Assembly (NCBI GenBank): GCA_041654915.1
Contig: JBAZCO010000001.1
Span: 1 to 61,817, forward strand
Length of the DNA: 61,817 nucleotides
Source: Clostridia bacterium
GTDB taxonomy: Bacteria; Bacillota; Clostridia; Christensenellales; DTU072
Direction: 5' to 3'
The translations under genes were made by a program, and so were the position numbers. The notes under the pieces are model-generated. The model was not told the DNA's origin. It ran no database searches and saw only the letters and a program-made list of their open reading frames with translations. Positions 42,569-51,590 of this stretch are shown here, one piece after another (position 1 is the first letter of the stretch; every line of letters begins with the position of its first letter).

Positions 42569-43104
42569 AAACAAACAAAATAATATGCTTTGATTTTGAT
42601 GACACAATGGATATAAAGACAGAGCCGTACCCGGCCATAGGTAAAGCAAATACACTTATGATTGATGTGATTAAAACACACATTACAAAAGGCGATACGG
42701 TTATACTTAATACCATGCGTGAGGGCAAAGTCTTGCAAGAAGCCCTTGACTGGCTTAAAGTCCATGGCATTACCCCGCATGCAGTCAATGATAATTGCGA
42801 AAGCCAAAAAAACAAATGGAACAATAACCCACGCAAGATTTCGTGTGACATCAATTACGATGACAAAAACTTTGATTGGGGCAGTGATTACATGAACAAC
42901 AAGCTACAAGAGTTTGTTAAAAAAGAATATATGCTAAAAGAATTAGAAAAATGCGAAAAAGACAGAAAGGTTGAAATAGGAAGCGAAACCTACGGCACAG
43001 GCTATCGCAATGGTTACCATAAAGGGCGTGCCGAACTTATTCGCTATATCTTAGACATGCCGGAAGAACATAGAGCAAAGGAGGCAATAGAAAATGGCAA
43101 TTAA
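42565..43104 (+). CDS. HAD-like hydrolase/phosphatase candidate
   Basis: The N-terminal IICFDFDDTMD is a DxDxT-type HAD motif I. AAGGAG SD before ATG 42565. Confidence 0.5.
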   Translation: MKTNKIICFDFDDTMDIKTEPYPAIGKANTLMIDVIKTHITKGDTVILNTMREGKVLQEALDWLKVHGITPHAVNDNCESQKNKWNNNPRKISCDINYDDKNFDWGSDYMNNKLQEFVKKEYMLKELEKCEKDRKVEIGSETYGTGYRNGYHKGRAELIRYILDMPEEHRAKEAIENGN

Positions 43105-43300
43105 CAAAATGATAATCTATAATGATACACCAACAGCGCTGGCAGATGACACAGCAGTTGCATCGGTGCTTGGTGTAATAAAGGAAAAAACAAAAAACAA
43201 TAACCATATCACTCCATACCTGGTTGGCGATGTTGTTGTGACCGTAATCGAGAATAAAAGGTCGACCACATTCAGGGTGGCAAAGGCCGCAAGAAAATAA
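43094..43300 (+). CDS. Hypothetical protein
   Basis: 68-aa ORF. Confidence 0.4.
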   Translation: MAINKMIIYNDTPTALADDTAVASVLGVIKEKTKNNNHITPYLVGDVVVTVIENKRSTTFRVAKAARK

Positions 43301-43310
43301 CATTACTATA

Positions 43311-43340
43311 TTGACAAGGTTAAAGCAAGTGAGATATAAT
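43311..43340 (+). promoter_or_regulatory. Promoter P4 (TTGACAAGG family)
   Basis: TTGACA-18 nt-TATAAT. Confidence 0.6.
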
Positions 43341-43360
43341 ATAGGAACGGGAGGCAATAA

Positions 43361-44227
43361 ATGAACAGTAAAAGCATGGCAAAACATTTGAATAGAAAAT
43401 TGACTGACTGGGTGGACTCGGTTAAAGATGAAAAGGTAGCCAAGGCTATCAAGGAAAATGCGATAATAACGGGCGGTGCGTTAGTATCGCTATTAAATAA
43501 TGATGAGCCGAACGATTATGATGTATACTTTAAGACCTATGAATCGTGTTTAATGGTTGCGAAATATTATGCAGAGCAATGGAATGAAATGTACCCCGAA
43601 AAACCGCATGTAGAGATAAAGACAGAAAATGATAGAATCACAGCCTTTATTGAAAGCGATGGCATAGCAGCAGAAGATAATGAAAACATGATAGATGACG
43701 AAACCGAGCCTAATGCAGAAAAAAAAGAAGCCGAGCAAGAGGAAAGGCCGAAATATAGGCCAAGGTATTTTTCGACCAATGCTATCAGCTTATCCGATAA
43801 AATACAGCTTGTTATAAGATTTTACGGTAGTGTAGATGAAATCCATGAAAACTATGATTTTATACATTGCACCTGTTCTTATGATTTTAAGGAAAACAAG
43901 GTTAATTTGCCGGCAAGGGCATTGGAGGCAATTATAAATAAAGAATTGTATTATACCGGCAGCAAATACCCTTTATGCTCTATTATCCGTACACGAAAAT
44001 TTATATCAAGGGGTTGGTTTATAAACGCAGGGCAATACTTGAAAATGTGTTTGCAGTTGAATGAATTAGACTTAAAGGATATAAAGGTATTCGAGGATCA
44101 GCTTGCAGGTGTAGACAGCTATTATTTCAGCCAGGCAATTACAGCGATAAGGGAAAAGCAAGCAGTAGACCCGACCTTTAAGGTAGACAACACATATTTA
44201 TTTGAACTTATCAATCGTATATTTTAA
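43361..44227 (+). CDS. Pol-beta-fold nucleotidyltransferase-like protein (tentative)
   Basis: IITGGALVSLLNNDEPNDYDVYF fits hG[GS]-x(9-13)-DhDh. 288 aa with an acidic insert. Confidence 0.4.
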   Translation: MNSKSMAKHLNRKLTDWVDSVKDEKVAKAIKENAIITGGALVSLLNNDEPNDYDVYFKTYESCLMVAKYYAEQWNEMYPEKPHVEIKTENDRITAFIESDGIAAEDNENMIDDETEPNAEKKEAEQEERPKYRPRYFSTNAISLSDKIQLVIRFYGSVDEIHENYDFIHCTCSYDFKENKVNLPARALEAIINKELYYTGSKYPLCSIIRTRKFISRGWFINAGQYLKMCLQLNELDLKDIKVFEDQLAGVDSYYFSQAITAIREKQAVDPTFKVDNTYLFELINRIF

Positions 44228-44297
44228 GAAAGGAGTAAAAAATAAACCATAAGCAAAAACCATATAAACAAACAAATTAAACATTGGAGGAAAAGAA

Positions 44298-44861
44298 ATG
44301 AGCAAAAACAATTATCTGGCACAGCTTAGTGCCGCAAGGACAGGACAACAGCAGAAAAAACCGAACCTAGACAAGGCTATGGCCGACATCAGACAATACT
44401 CAGATTCTCTTAGTGGACTTAAGACCGAGGACTTGAACGAACTTAATGAGTTAATGGACAAGGTAGACGGGCTTGCGGATGTATTTTCAAAGTATGATAA
44501 GCTTTCAGGGAAAATTGAAGCTTTGCAGAAAAACGCAGCTTCCATTGAAGCCTCGCTCGGAGATTTAGCCGAGTTGCAAGATGAAACACAAGTAAATCCG
44601 TTTGAAGGTTACACGGAAGAACAGACCCTTGCTATCAATGTACAGCTTATCAAGGAATTTGAAGCCGAAAGCAGATTATCCAAGGACTTACTCAAGCTAT
44701 CGGAATCACAAATCTTAGAAGAAGAAGTGCCGGAAGAAGTGCCTGCGTTTGAAGGGCTAACAAAAGAGCAAACTGTACAGGTTTATATGCAAGTAATGGA
44801 TGAATTTGAAAATAAGACCGAACTTGCAAATAGGCTTGCATATAATGCGGAGGTGGAATAA
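44298..44861 (+). CDS. Acidic coiled-coil protein
   Basis: 187 aa, E/L/K-rich. Confidence 0.45.
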   Translation: MSKNNYLAQLSAARTGQQQKKPNLDKAMADIRQYSDSLSGLKTEDLNELNELMDKVDGLADVFSKYDKLSGKIEALQKNAASIEASLGDLAELQDETQVNPFEGYTEEQTLAINVQLIKEFEAESRLSKDLLKLSESQILEEEVPEEVPAFEGLTKEQTVQVYMQVMDEFENKTELANRLAYNAEVE

Positions 44862-45803
44862 ATGTCGGAAAAGAAAATTATTGAAGCAGAATTTACCGAA
44901 GTAATTGAGCCAGATGCAACCGAAAAAGAAAAAACAGCTAAAGCAAAAGAAGAGGAAAATGTTACGGACTTGATTGTGTTTACGGCTAAAGCCGTACAGC
45001 CGATTAAAGCCGAATATTTGGAATTATCAAGCAGATATGTTGAAATCAGGACAAGGCTGCATGAGTTAGTCGATAGTGTAAAAGATGTAGAGGTTACGGA
45101 AGATTATCTGGACGAAGCAACAAAAATCCAAAGGGAAGTAAATAAACTTTGGAAAGAAATTGAAACCGCAAGAAAAGATTATCATAATTTTGTGGACTCT
45201 GTTTTCTATGATCCGATTGCAGAAAAAATCGAAAAAGAAATCAAACTTGTATTCCAAGAATGGGAAAACACCTTTAAGGCAAGCAAGACCAACATCGAAA
45301 ACGAGCTTTTAGAACAACGTGTAAACAAAACCGCAGATTGGTTTTCAAAGACAGCCGCAGAGCAAGGGCTTGACTGGTTGACACTGCAAGACGCATTACA
45401 ACAAAAAGCGGTCACGGTTACACGCAAGAACAAATCCACGGATATAGTTAAGGCATCAAACGCATTCATAGATAAGGTTAAGTCCGATATCACGGTTTTG
45501 CGTGACGGTTATGGTGATGAAGAAATTGCAGAGTATCGCAAAACCTTTAACGCAGCCACAGCGATAGCTACAGTAAAGGCAAGACAGGCAGAACTTGATG
45601 CTGCAAAGCAAATAACAGTTACCCCTGACGCCCCTTTAGTGCAAGAAGTTGTTCCGGTGGCGGCAGCACAAACACCTAAAATGAATGCAGACGGCAAGAT
45701 GACCCGTGTTTGGGAGTTAACAGGCACAAAAGAACAGCTTGTTGCCTTGGCTAAGACTGCAATGAAGTTAGGCATTGAATACAAGGCATTAGGAGGTAAA
45801 TAA
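44862..45803 (+). CDS. DUF1351-like recombination-module protein (tentative)
   Basis: 313 aa, helical. Located just upstream of the RecT-like gene, as in many Firmicutes siphophages. Confidence 0.4.
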   Translation: MSEKKIIEAEFTEVIEPDATEKEKTAKAKEEENVTDLIVFTAKAVQPIKAEYLELSSRYVEIRTRLHELVDSVKDVEVTEDYLDEATKIQREVNKLWKEIETARKDYHNFVDSVFYDPIAEKIEKEIKLVFQEWENTFKASKTNIENELLEQRVNKTADWFSKTAAEQGLDWLTLQDALQQKAVTVTRKNKSTDIVKASNAFIDKVKSDITVLRDGYGDEEIAEYRKTFNAATAIATVKARQAELDAAKQITVTPDAPLVQEVVPVAAAQTPKMNADGKMTRVWELTGTKEQLVALAKTAMKLGIEYKALGGK

Positions 45804-45805
45804 GT

Positions 45806-46696
45806 ATGGCTATTAGGTTTATTAAATTCCCGGAAGTAGAAAACGGCAAGGATCGTACTGCGTTAGAATTTGCCTGGTTAGAAAGGCAACAAGCAGAAGA
45901 ACAAAAAAAGAACCAACAAAACTATATTAACTTTGGCGAGCTGCCTGACGATATTGTAAAGCCTGCTGTTTTGTGGGCATATTACCAAGGGCTATCCGTG
46001 TTACCAAGAGATGGGCATGTATATTTTCAAACCGTAACCATTGAAAACCAAGACGGAGCTATCGAAGTAATCGCATTGCAACCCAAAATCCAATATGCAG
46101 GCGAAATCTATTTAGCGGTGCATGGCGAAAATGCAAGGTATCGTGCAGTTGAAATGCTTATTGACGGCCGAAGATTAGGTGCAGAAAACATGGACAATAT
46201 AGCCTTTGGGCTTAACTCACAGCTAACCGTGCGTGTAGTTGATATGGCAAACAAAGCTCGCTCTATAACACAAACCATTGGTGTTTGCTTTCAGCATGGC
46301 TTAGAGTATTCCCCAACTTTAGGTAAATTCAAAAAGGATCTAAACAAGTTTTGGGCAGGCTATGAAAAATACAGAAAAGGCGACACCTCGCTTTTTAACC
46401 CGTGGTATGCAAATCCTTTGGCTATGAGTGCAAAAACACTTTGGAGAAAAATTGACGGACAAGATAAAATTACAACCTACTCCGAAGAATACTTAGAAGA
46501 AGTAAGGGAAGCAACGGTTACAGGCTTGGCTTTGCCTGAAATAAAAGTAGACTTTGAAACAGGTGAAATATTAGAGTTAGATGCCCCTGTACCCATGATT
46601 ACAGGCGAAGTTGTAGTTGAAGAAGAGGTTGCACCTATTATGATTGAAAGCAGCGAAGTTGTTGCTCCAATCAAAGATGACGAGATAGAAATATGA
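45806..46696 (+). CDS. Single-strand annealing protein, RecT-like (tentative)
   Basis: ..HVYFQTV..IALQPKIQYAGEIYLAVHGEN.. resembles the RecT core. Its neighbours are an MBL nuclease and an SSB-like protein. Confidence 0.4.
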   Translation: MAIRFIKFPEVENGKDRTALEFAWLERQQAEEQKKNQQNYINFGELPDDIVKPAVLWAYYQGLSVLPRDGHVYFQTVTIENQDGAIEVIALQPKIQYAGEIYLAVHGENARYRAVEMLIDGRRLGAENMDNIAFGLNSQLTVRVVDMANKARSITQTIGVCFQHGLEYSPTLGKFKKDLNKFWAGYEKYRKGDTSLFNPWYANPLAMSAKTLWRKIDGQDKITTYSEEYLEEVREATVTGLALPEIKVDFETGEILELDAPVPMITGEVVVEEEVAPIMIESSEVVAPIKDDEIEI

Positions 46697-47322
46697 GCAA
46701 CTTGCCAAAAGGATTAGACTATACAATTATAAAAACAGGCAGTTCGGGCAATGCTGTGTTGGTAAACGGTATATTATTTGACTGCGGTATAAGCTGGAAA
46801 ATGCTTGAGCCTTATGCCACGCAGGTTGATGTGGTTTTGACTTCACACAGGCACCAAGATCACATAAGGCACTCAACCTTAAACAAGCTAAAGAGTTTAT
46901 TCCCAAGGGTAGCTATAATCGCACCTAAGGACTTTTACAAGGGCACAGACAAGGCTCAGTATGAATTTGACGCTATATTGCCGCATAACAAGAAACTGCT
47001 GATTAAAGGCAAATATGAGGTCTTATGCACACCCATACCGCACAGCGTGCCTAATGTTGCGTTTGTGGTTAAGTTTCAAAGTGGCAAAACAGTTATGTAT
47101 GCGACTGATACGGTGAGTTTAGACCATTTGCATATCCCAGATCTTGATTTATATTTACTTGAAAGCAATTACAGTGAATTAAGCATAGTTAAGGATCAAA
47201 GGAATGCAATGATCGCGGTTACAACACATTTATCACAAGAGGCAAGTTTTGGTTGGTATTTAAGAAACAAGGGTGAAAACAGTGAATATGTGCCATTGCA
47301 TGCCCACATGGACTTCAAGTAA
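46693..47322 (+). CDS. Metallo-beta-lactamase-fold hydrolase (recombination exonuclease candidate)
   Basis: VVLTSHRHQDHIRH (HxHxDH). Confidence 0.75.
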   Translation: MSNLPKGLDYTIIKTGSSGNAVLVNGILFDCGISWKMLEPYATQVDVVLTSHRHQDHIRHSTLNKLKSLFPRVAIIAPKDFYKGTDKAQYEFDAILPHNKKLLIKGKYEVLCTPIPHSVPNVAFVVKFQSGKTVMYATDTVSLDHLHIPDLDLYLLESNYSELSIVKDQRNAMIAVTTHLSQEASFGWYLRNKGENSEYVPLHAHMDFK

Positions 47323-47348
47323 AGCATTTATAAACATTAAAAAGGAGA

Positions 47349-48137
47349 ATGAGGGTGATAGAAAAAGTAAATCCTGCTCACGTGGACAAAATCGCAGATA
47401 GGATAGCAGGAGCAATAGTAGATTTAGCATATATAACCCATTCTGACCCAAAAATAGCAGTAGAAGTTTTGATAGGGCATGACCATTGTCATGTAATAAT
47501 TGAAACAACCGCTTTAATAGGTTATGCAGCAGTAAGCGACATTGTTAAACGAATAGGCGGCGATGTAGAAGCCGATATAAAGATCTATGAACAAGACAAG
47601 CACCTGCAAGAAAACCAAGATGGAAAGATAAGGTGTGGTGATAACGGTATATTCAAGGGTGTGCCGCTGACAGATGAAGAAAAAGAATTATCACAAATTG
47701 CAAGGGATATTTACAAAAAATGGCCATATGATGGCAAGTATATACTTGACGGCGATCGCTTAATTATATGCCAAAGCAACGCAAAAACCGAAGATATAAG
47801 AAAACTATATCCTGATGCTGTAATCAACCCCTTGGGCGATTGGATAGGCGGAACTGGTGTTGATACAGGTGTTGGCGGAAGAAAATTAGGTAGCGATATG
47901 GCTCAAAGCGTAACTGGTGGAAACATACACTCGAAAGACCTTTCCAAAGCTGATGTATCAGTCAATATCTATGCATTCCTCAAAGCACAGCAAACAGGTG
48001 AAGTTGTAGAATTAAGTTGTGCTATAGGCGATGAATATGTTGACGGCATACCTTATGGTGAAATTGTAGAAATAGCAAGAGAATTTATTAACAGGCTTGG
48101 TGGATTTGAAAAGTTTGCCGAGTGGGGATTGTTTTAA
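47349..48137 (+). CDS. metK: Miniaturised S-adenosylmethionine synthetase (MetK-like)
   Basis: HVDKIADRIAGAIVD (cf. HPDKI.DQISDA.LD). CGDNGIFKG (cf. GAGDQGLMFG). INPLGDWIGGTGVDTGVGGRK (cf. NPTGRF.IGGP.GD.GLTGRK). TGGNIHSKDLSKADVS (cf. GGGAFSGKD.TKVDRS). 262 aa. Confidence 0.7.
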   Translation: MRVIEKVNPAHVDKIADRIAGAIVDLAYITHSDPKIAVEVLIGHDHCHVIIETTALIGYAAVSDIVKRIGGDVEADIKIYEQDKHLQENQDGKIRCGDNGIFKGVPLTDEEKELSQIARDIYKKWPYDGKYILDGDRLIICQSNAKTEDIRKLYPDAVINPLGDWIGGTGVDTGVGGRKLGSDMAQSVTGGNIHSKDLSKADVSVNIYAFLKAQQTGEVVELSCAIGDEYVDGIPYGEIVEIAREFINRLGGFEKFAEWGLF

Positions 48138-48164
48138 CACAAAAAAAGAAAAGGAGAAAAAATT

Positions 48165-48740
48165 ATGTTTGACAGCAAAAAAGACTATGGCGGGGGTGGG
48201 TATCTCCGCAAAGAAGGGGATTTTTTCTTAAAAATCCTTTCATGGGAATATGATGATGCGTATTTTCCCAAGTATAAGGTTGACGCAGAAGTTGTGTCCG
48301 GGCCGAACGAAGGAGAGTTTGTGCAGGGCACAATCACAAAGCCGACTGAAAAATATATGAACGACAATGATCGTGCCTTAGGCGGTTTTTCTTTCTCGCA
48401 AGTCGGTGCGTATGTAGTCGGTGCCGGAATCACAGACAAAGTAAATGCTTTAGAGAAAATCACGGTCGGTGCCATAGGCAAAATGATTGTCGGTAAAATA
48501 ATAAAGGCACGTGTTCAACTTACAAGGAAAAGTCAACAGGCAAAAGAGGATGGCGAAACAACCGGGCTTTACTATGAAGTAGGCAGAATATATAAATATT
48601 CCGATTGGATTAACGAAGAAGTAAGTTCTTATGAAACTGCAGACCCAGTACCGCCGCCTGATATAGACTACAGCCATGACATGGTTTCACCGTTTGATTT
48701 AGGCAATGATGATGACCACGGTGGTGAGCTTCCATTTTAA
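48165..48740 (+). CDS. Non-canonical ssDNA-binding protein candidate with an SSB-type acidic tip
   Basis: C-terminus NDDDHGGELPF (cf. the DDDIPF tip of bacterial SSB). Sits in the recombination module. Confidence 0.5.
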   Translation: MFDSKKDYGGGGYLRKEGDFFLKILSWEYDDAYFPKYKVDAEVVSGPNEGEFVQGTITKPTEKYMNDNDRALGGFSFSQVGAYVVGAGITDKVNALEKITVGAIGKMIVGKIIKARVQLTRKSQQAKEDGETTGLYYEVGRIYKYSDWINEEVSSYETADPVPPPDIDYSHDMVSPFDLGNDDDHGGELPF

Positions 48741-48760
48741 TTTAACTTAAACTTACGGCT

Positions 48761-48803
48761 ACCGCTATCACTGATATGAACGATTAACATTAGTGATAGC
48801 GGT
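48761..48803. promoter_or_regulatory. 12-bp inverted repeat (hairpin/operator) followed by TATAAT
   Basis: ACCGCTATCACT-19 nt-AGTGATAGCGGT, then tataat. Confidence 0.6.
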
Positions 48804-48825
48804 TATAATAAACAAAGGAAAAAAA

Positions 48826-49215
48826 ATGACTTGGCAACAATTTCAACAGTGGGTATGCAAAGAATTATCTGAGCATGGCTTTTGGGCATATGAAACTATA
48901 AACAAACCATCGGGTCAGCCGGTAGATATAATCGCAGCTAAGAATAATGTTACATATATCATTGAATGCAAGGTAACAAAAAGTGATAGATTCCCATTAA
49001 GCCGTGTAGAGGACAACCAAATAATGGCTATAGAAAAATTTAGCAGGTGCGGTAATACACAAAGTTGGTTTGCTTTTTATTTTAGAAAACACCCTGACAG
49101 CGTTTTATTTGTCAGAGCAAACATGATATTAGACTTGATTGACAGTGGAGCAAAAAGCACGACTTATGAAGAGCTGAAAGATATGAGTGAGCTGCTGCTA
49201 GAAAAAGAGCAATAA
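48826..49215 (+). CDS. Holliday-junction resolvase-like PD-(D/E)xK nuclease
   Basis: ..GQPVDIIAAKNNVTYIIECKV.. (D...E.K). Start moved to ATG 48826, downstream of the hairpin. Confidence 0.55.
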   Translation: MTWQQFQQWVCKELSEHGFWAYETINKPSGQPVDIIAAKNNVTYIIECKVTKSDRFPLSRVEDNQIMAIEKFSRCGNTQSWFAFYFRKHPDSVLFVRANMILDLIDSGAKSTTYEELKDMSELLLEKEQ

Positions 49216-49259
49216 TTGATTGATTGTTTTGAATTGCAGGCAGTCGAAGGAGCAAGTAA

Positions 49260-49640
49260 ATGAGAAAGATTAAATTCAGGGGGAAGACATTAGACGGTAG
49301 ATGGATATACGGCGACCTTTGGCACCGACCTTACGCAAAAGACTGCGTTACCATAGTCAGCTTTATGGAAGATACAGGAACAACAGGAGGTCTTGAGGTA
49401 ATCCCTGAAACCGTTGGACAGTACACTGGCTTAAAAGATAAGAACGGTATTGAGATTTACGAGGGTGATATAGTGCTCTGTAAAATACACGATAAAGAGT
49501 ATATGGGCCTAGTTGAGTATACAAATACATACGGATTTTACTATCTTTCTGGGATGGGACGTTCTGATACTGAGTTATGGGGTTGTAACGAAAAAAAAGT
49601 CATCGGCAACATCTACGAAAACCCTGAACTAATGGTTTAG
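49260..49640 (+). CDS. yopX: YopX family protein
   Basis: MRKIKFRGK...GRWIYGDL...TVGQYTGLKDKNGIEIYEGDIV...VIGNIYENPELM. Confidence 0.85.
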   Translation: MRKIKFRGKTLDGRWIYGDLWHRPYAKDCVTIVSFMEDTGTTGGLEVIPETVGQYTGLKDKNGIEIYEGDIVLCKIHDKEYMGLVEYTNTYGFYYLSGMGRSDTELWGCNEKKVIGNIYENPELMV

Positions 49641-49644
49641 ACTA

Positions 49645-49827
49645 ATGATTGAGGCAGCGGAGATGAAAAAAATAACAGTTAAGCACATAGCGGAAAAATA
49701 TATCTGCGAGACGTGCTCAAAGCTGGAGCAGCTTAAAGATAAAGTCAGGGAAAGCGGCGAAACACAGTGGTGCATGTGCACTTGCAGTCATGCGCAGGCT
49801 TGGCCGGTAAAGGAGGATTGTGAATGA
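49645..49827 (+). CDS. Small Cys-rich protein
   Basis: 60 aa. CETC...CMCTC. Confidence 0.4.
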   Translation: MIEAAEMKKITVKHIAEKYICETCSKLEQLKDKVRESGETQWCMCTCSHAQAWPVKEDCE

Positions 49828-49888
49828 TTATTCAACTCGGCACCTGGTATGTGGAGGACGATATGAACAAGGAAAGGGAGATGATAAA

Positions 49889-50104
49889 ATGAAACTAAGT
49901 GAATACATCAGCCGCATGAGAGAAATCCAAGAAGATATGTTCGACGGCGGGAAGCCAAGTGTTGAAGAGCTGATAGAACTAAGCCATCCTCAAGGTCTGG
50001 ACTTGCACTTGCTAACCGAGCAAGAGCTAGAAGTGATGATTGTAGGAATTAACAATGGGCTAGACACAATGGAAAAGGCGTATCTATATTTTGATGACGA
50101 GTGA
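49889..50104 (+). CDS. Small protein, paralogue of 51027-51239
   Basis: MKLSEYISRMREIQEDMFDGGKP vs MKLSEYISRMRAIRDDMYDGGKT. GGGAG SD before ATG 49889. Confidence 0.5.
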   Translation: MKLSEYISRMREIQEDMFDGGKPSVEELIELSHPQGLDLHLLTEQELEVMIVGINNGLDTMEKAYLYFDDE

Positions 50105-50714
50105 TAATAAACAACGAAGGCGAGATAGAAAAGTGAAGGTATTGAGTGGTAGCAGTTTAGCTGGTGGTACGCCAACAAGGGGTAGAGTAAAGGACGATTA
50201 TTACGCAACGCCACCTCAATCAACACAAGCGCTGTTAGATGTATTGGAACTAAACGGTTCGATGTTAGAGCCGGCTTGTGGAGAAGGTCATATAAGCGAA
50301 GTGTTAAAAAAGAATTATCCATGTAGCGAGATTGTATCAACCGACTTAGTCGATAGAGGGTATGGAGTTGGTGGAATTGATTTTTTAGAAAAAGAATACG
50401 ATAGAACGTTCGATAACGTGATAACTAACCCACCTTTTAAGTACATGCGGGAGTTTGTTGAGAAGTCTTTAGAGATTTCAACAGATAAAGTAATAATGTT
50501 CGGGAAAATACAATTTTTAGAAGGGCAAAGGCGAAAAGAGTTCCTTGAAAACTCACCATTAAAATACGTGTACGTGTTCAGCGAACGTCAAAACCCGATG
50601 AGAAATGGTAGTCCTGTTGATGGAAATGGCAAGAAATGGTCATCCACAATGTGTTTCGCATGGTATGTGTGGGAACAAGGTTATCAAGGAGAGCCGATAA
50701 TTAGGTGGCTATAA
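50091..50714 (+). CDS. N6-adenine DNA methyltransferase
   Basis: YYATP, LEPACGEGHI (motif I), VITNPPF (motif IV). Confidence 0.85.
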   Translation: MMTSDNKQRRRDRKVKVLSGSSLAGGTPTRGRVKDDYYATPPQSTQALLDVLELNGSMLEPACGEGHISEVLKKNYPCSEIVSTDLVDRGYGVGGIDFLEKEYDRTFDNVITNPPFKYMREFVEKSLEISTDKVIMFGKIQFLEGQRRKEFLENSPLKYVYVFSERQNPMRNGSPVDGNGKKWSSTMCFAWYVWEQGYQGEPIIRWL

Positions 50715-50756
50715 GAGGAGTGAGAAGTTGATAAACAAAGAAAGCGAGATGGAAAA

Positions 50757-50999
50757 ATGAGCGTTACAACATGGATATTTGATCCGGAGGAAGTAAAGGC
50801 AGCCATAGGGCTGTATATGGTAGAAGTGCGAGGAGTGTCGCTGGATGACATACGGAGCATTGAGTTTTTAATAATTGACGGGGAACAAGGCTCCGAGTTT
50901 GATGGGGTACAAGTAAGTTTTGATGATCCAGGGGATGTGGAATTTGTTGACGCCGACGACCAAACAGGCGGAACTGAACGGAAACAGAGGGAGGAATAA
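50757..50999 (+). CDS. Acidic hypothetical protein
   Basis: 80-aa ORF. Confidence 0.4.
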   Translation: MSVTTWIFDPEEVKAAIGLYMVEVRGVSLDDIRSIEFLIIDGEQGSEFDGVQVSFDDPGDVEFVDADDQTGGTERKQREE

Positions 51000-51026
51000 C
51001 TATGAAATGGAAGGAGTGCTAGGGAG

Positions 51027-51239
51027 ATGAAGTTGAGTGAATATATCAGCCGTATGCGGGCAATCCGAGACGATATGTATGACGGAGGGAAAACGATGCT
51101 GAAATGTTGTATGTGCGGCGATGTGTTTGATATTGGCTATGAAATGCCGAACGGTGATTATGTTTGTGCCACACACGAGTGTTGCTATGAATATTGCAAA
51201 TGTGAGGGGAAAAGAATAACTCAAGAAAGCGAGGACTGA
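51027..51239 (+). CDS. Small Cys-rich protein, paralogue of 49889-50104
   Basis: The shared N-terminal 23 aa are ~79% identical at the DNA level. Confidence 0.5.
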   Translation: MKLSEYISRMRAIRDDMYDGGKTMLKCCMCGDVFDIGYEMPNGDYVCATHECCYEYCKCEGKRITQESED

Positions 51240-51244
51240 GTGAT

Positions 51245-51523
51245 ATGAACAATGAAAAGGAAATAAAAGACAAACTTTTGAAGTTATTTGAAGAAATAGA
51301 CCGACAATCAGATGAACAGGAGATGTATATCCAAGAGTTGAGACAAAGATTATCTCTTGCTGAAAAAGTCTGCTATGAGGCTAACGGTTATCTAAAAAGC
51401 AAAGACAATCCGCTTGGCAGGATTTATTTAGACAGACTGGCTGAGGCAATTGAGAAGTGGGACAGCAGTAGGAAAAATAAGGGTGCTCAATATCTTGTGA
51501 TGGAGGATTGGGAACAATGCTGA
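51245..51523 (+). CDS. Hypothetical coiled-coil protein
   Basis: 92-aa ORF. Confidence 0.4.
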   Translation: MNNEKEIKDKLLKLFEEIDRQSDEQEMYIQELRQRLSLAEKVCYEANGYLKSKDNPLGRIYLDRLAEAIEKWDSSRKNKGAQYLVMEDWEQC

Positions 51524-51590
51524 GTTTAGAACGATTGCAAAATATACAAAAACAAATAACCATAACCGATTGGTTAGGAGATTCTATATA

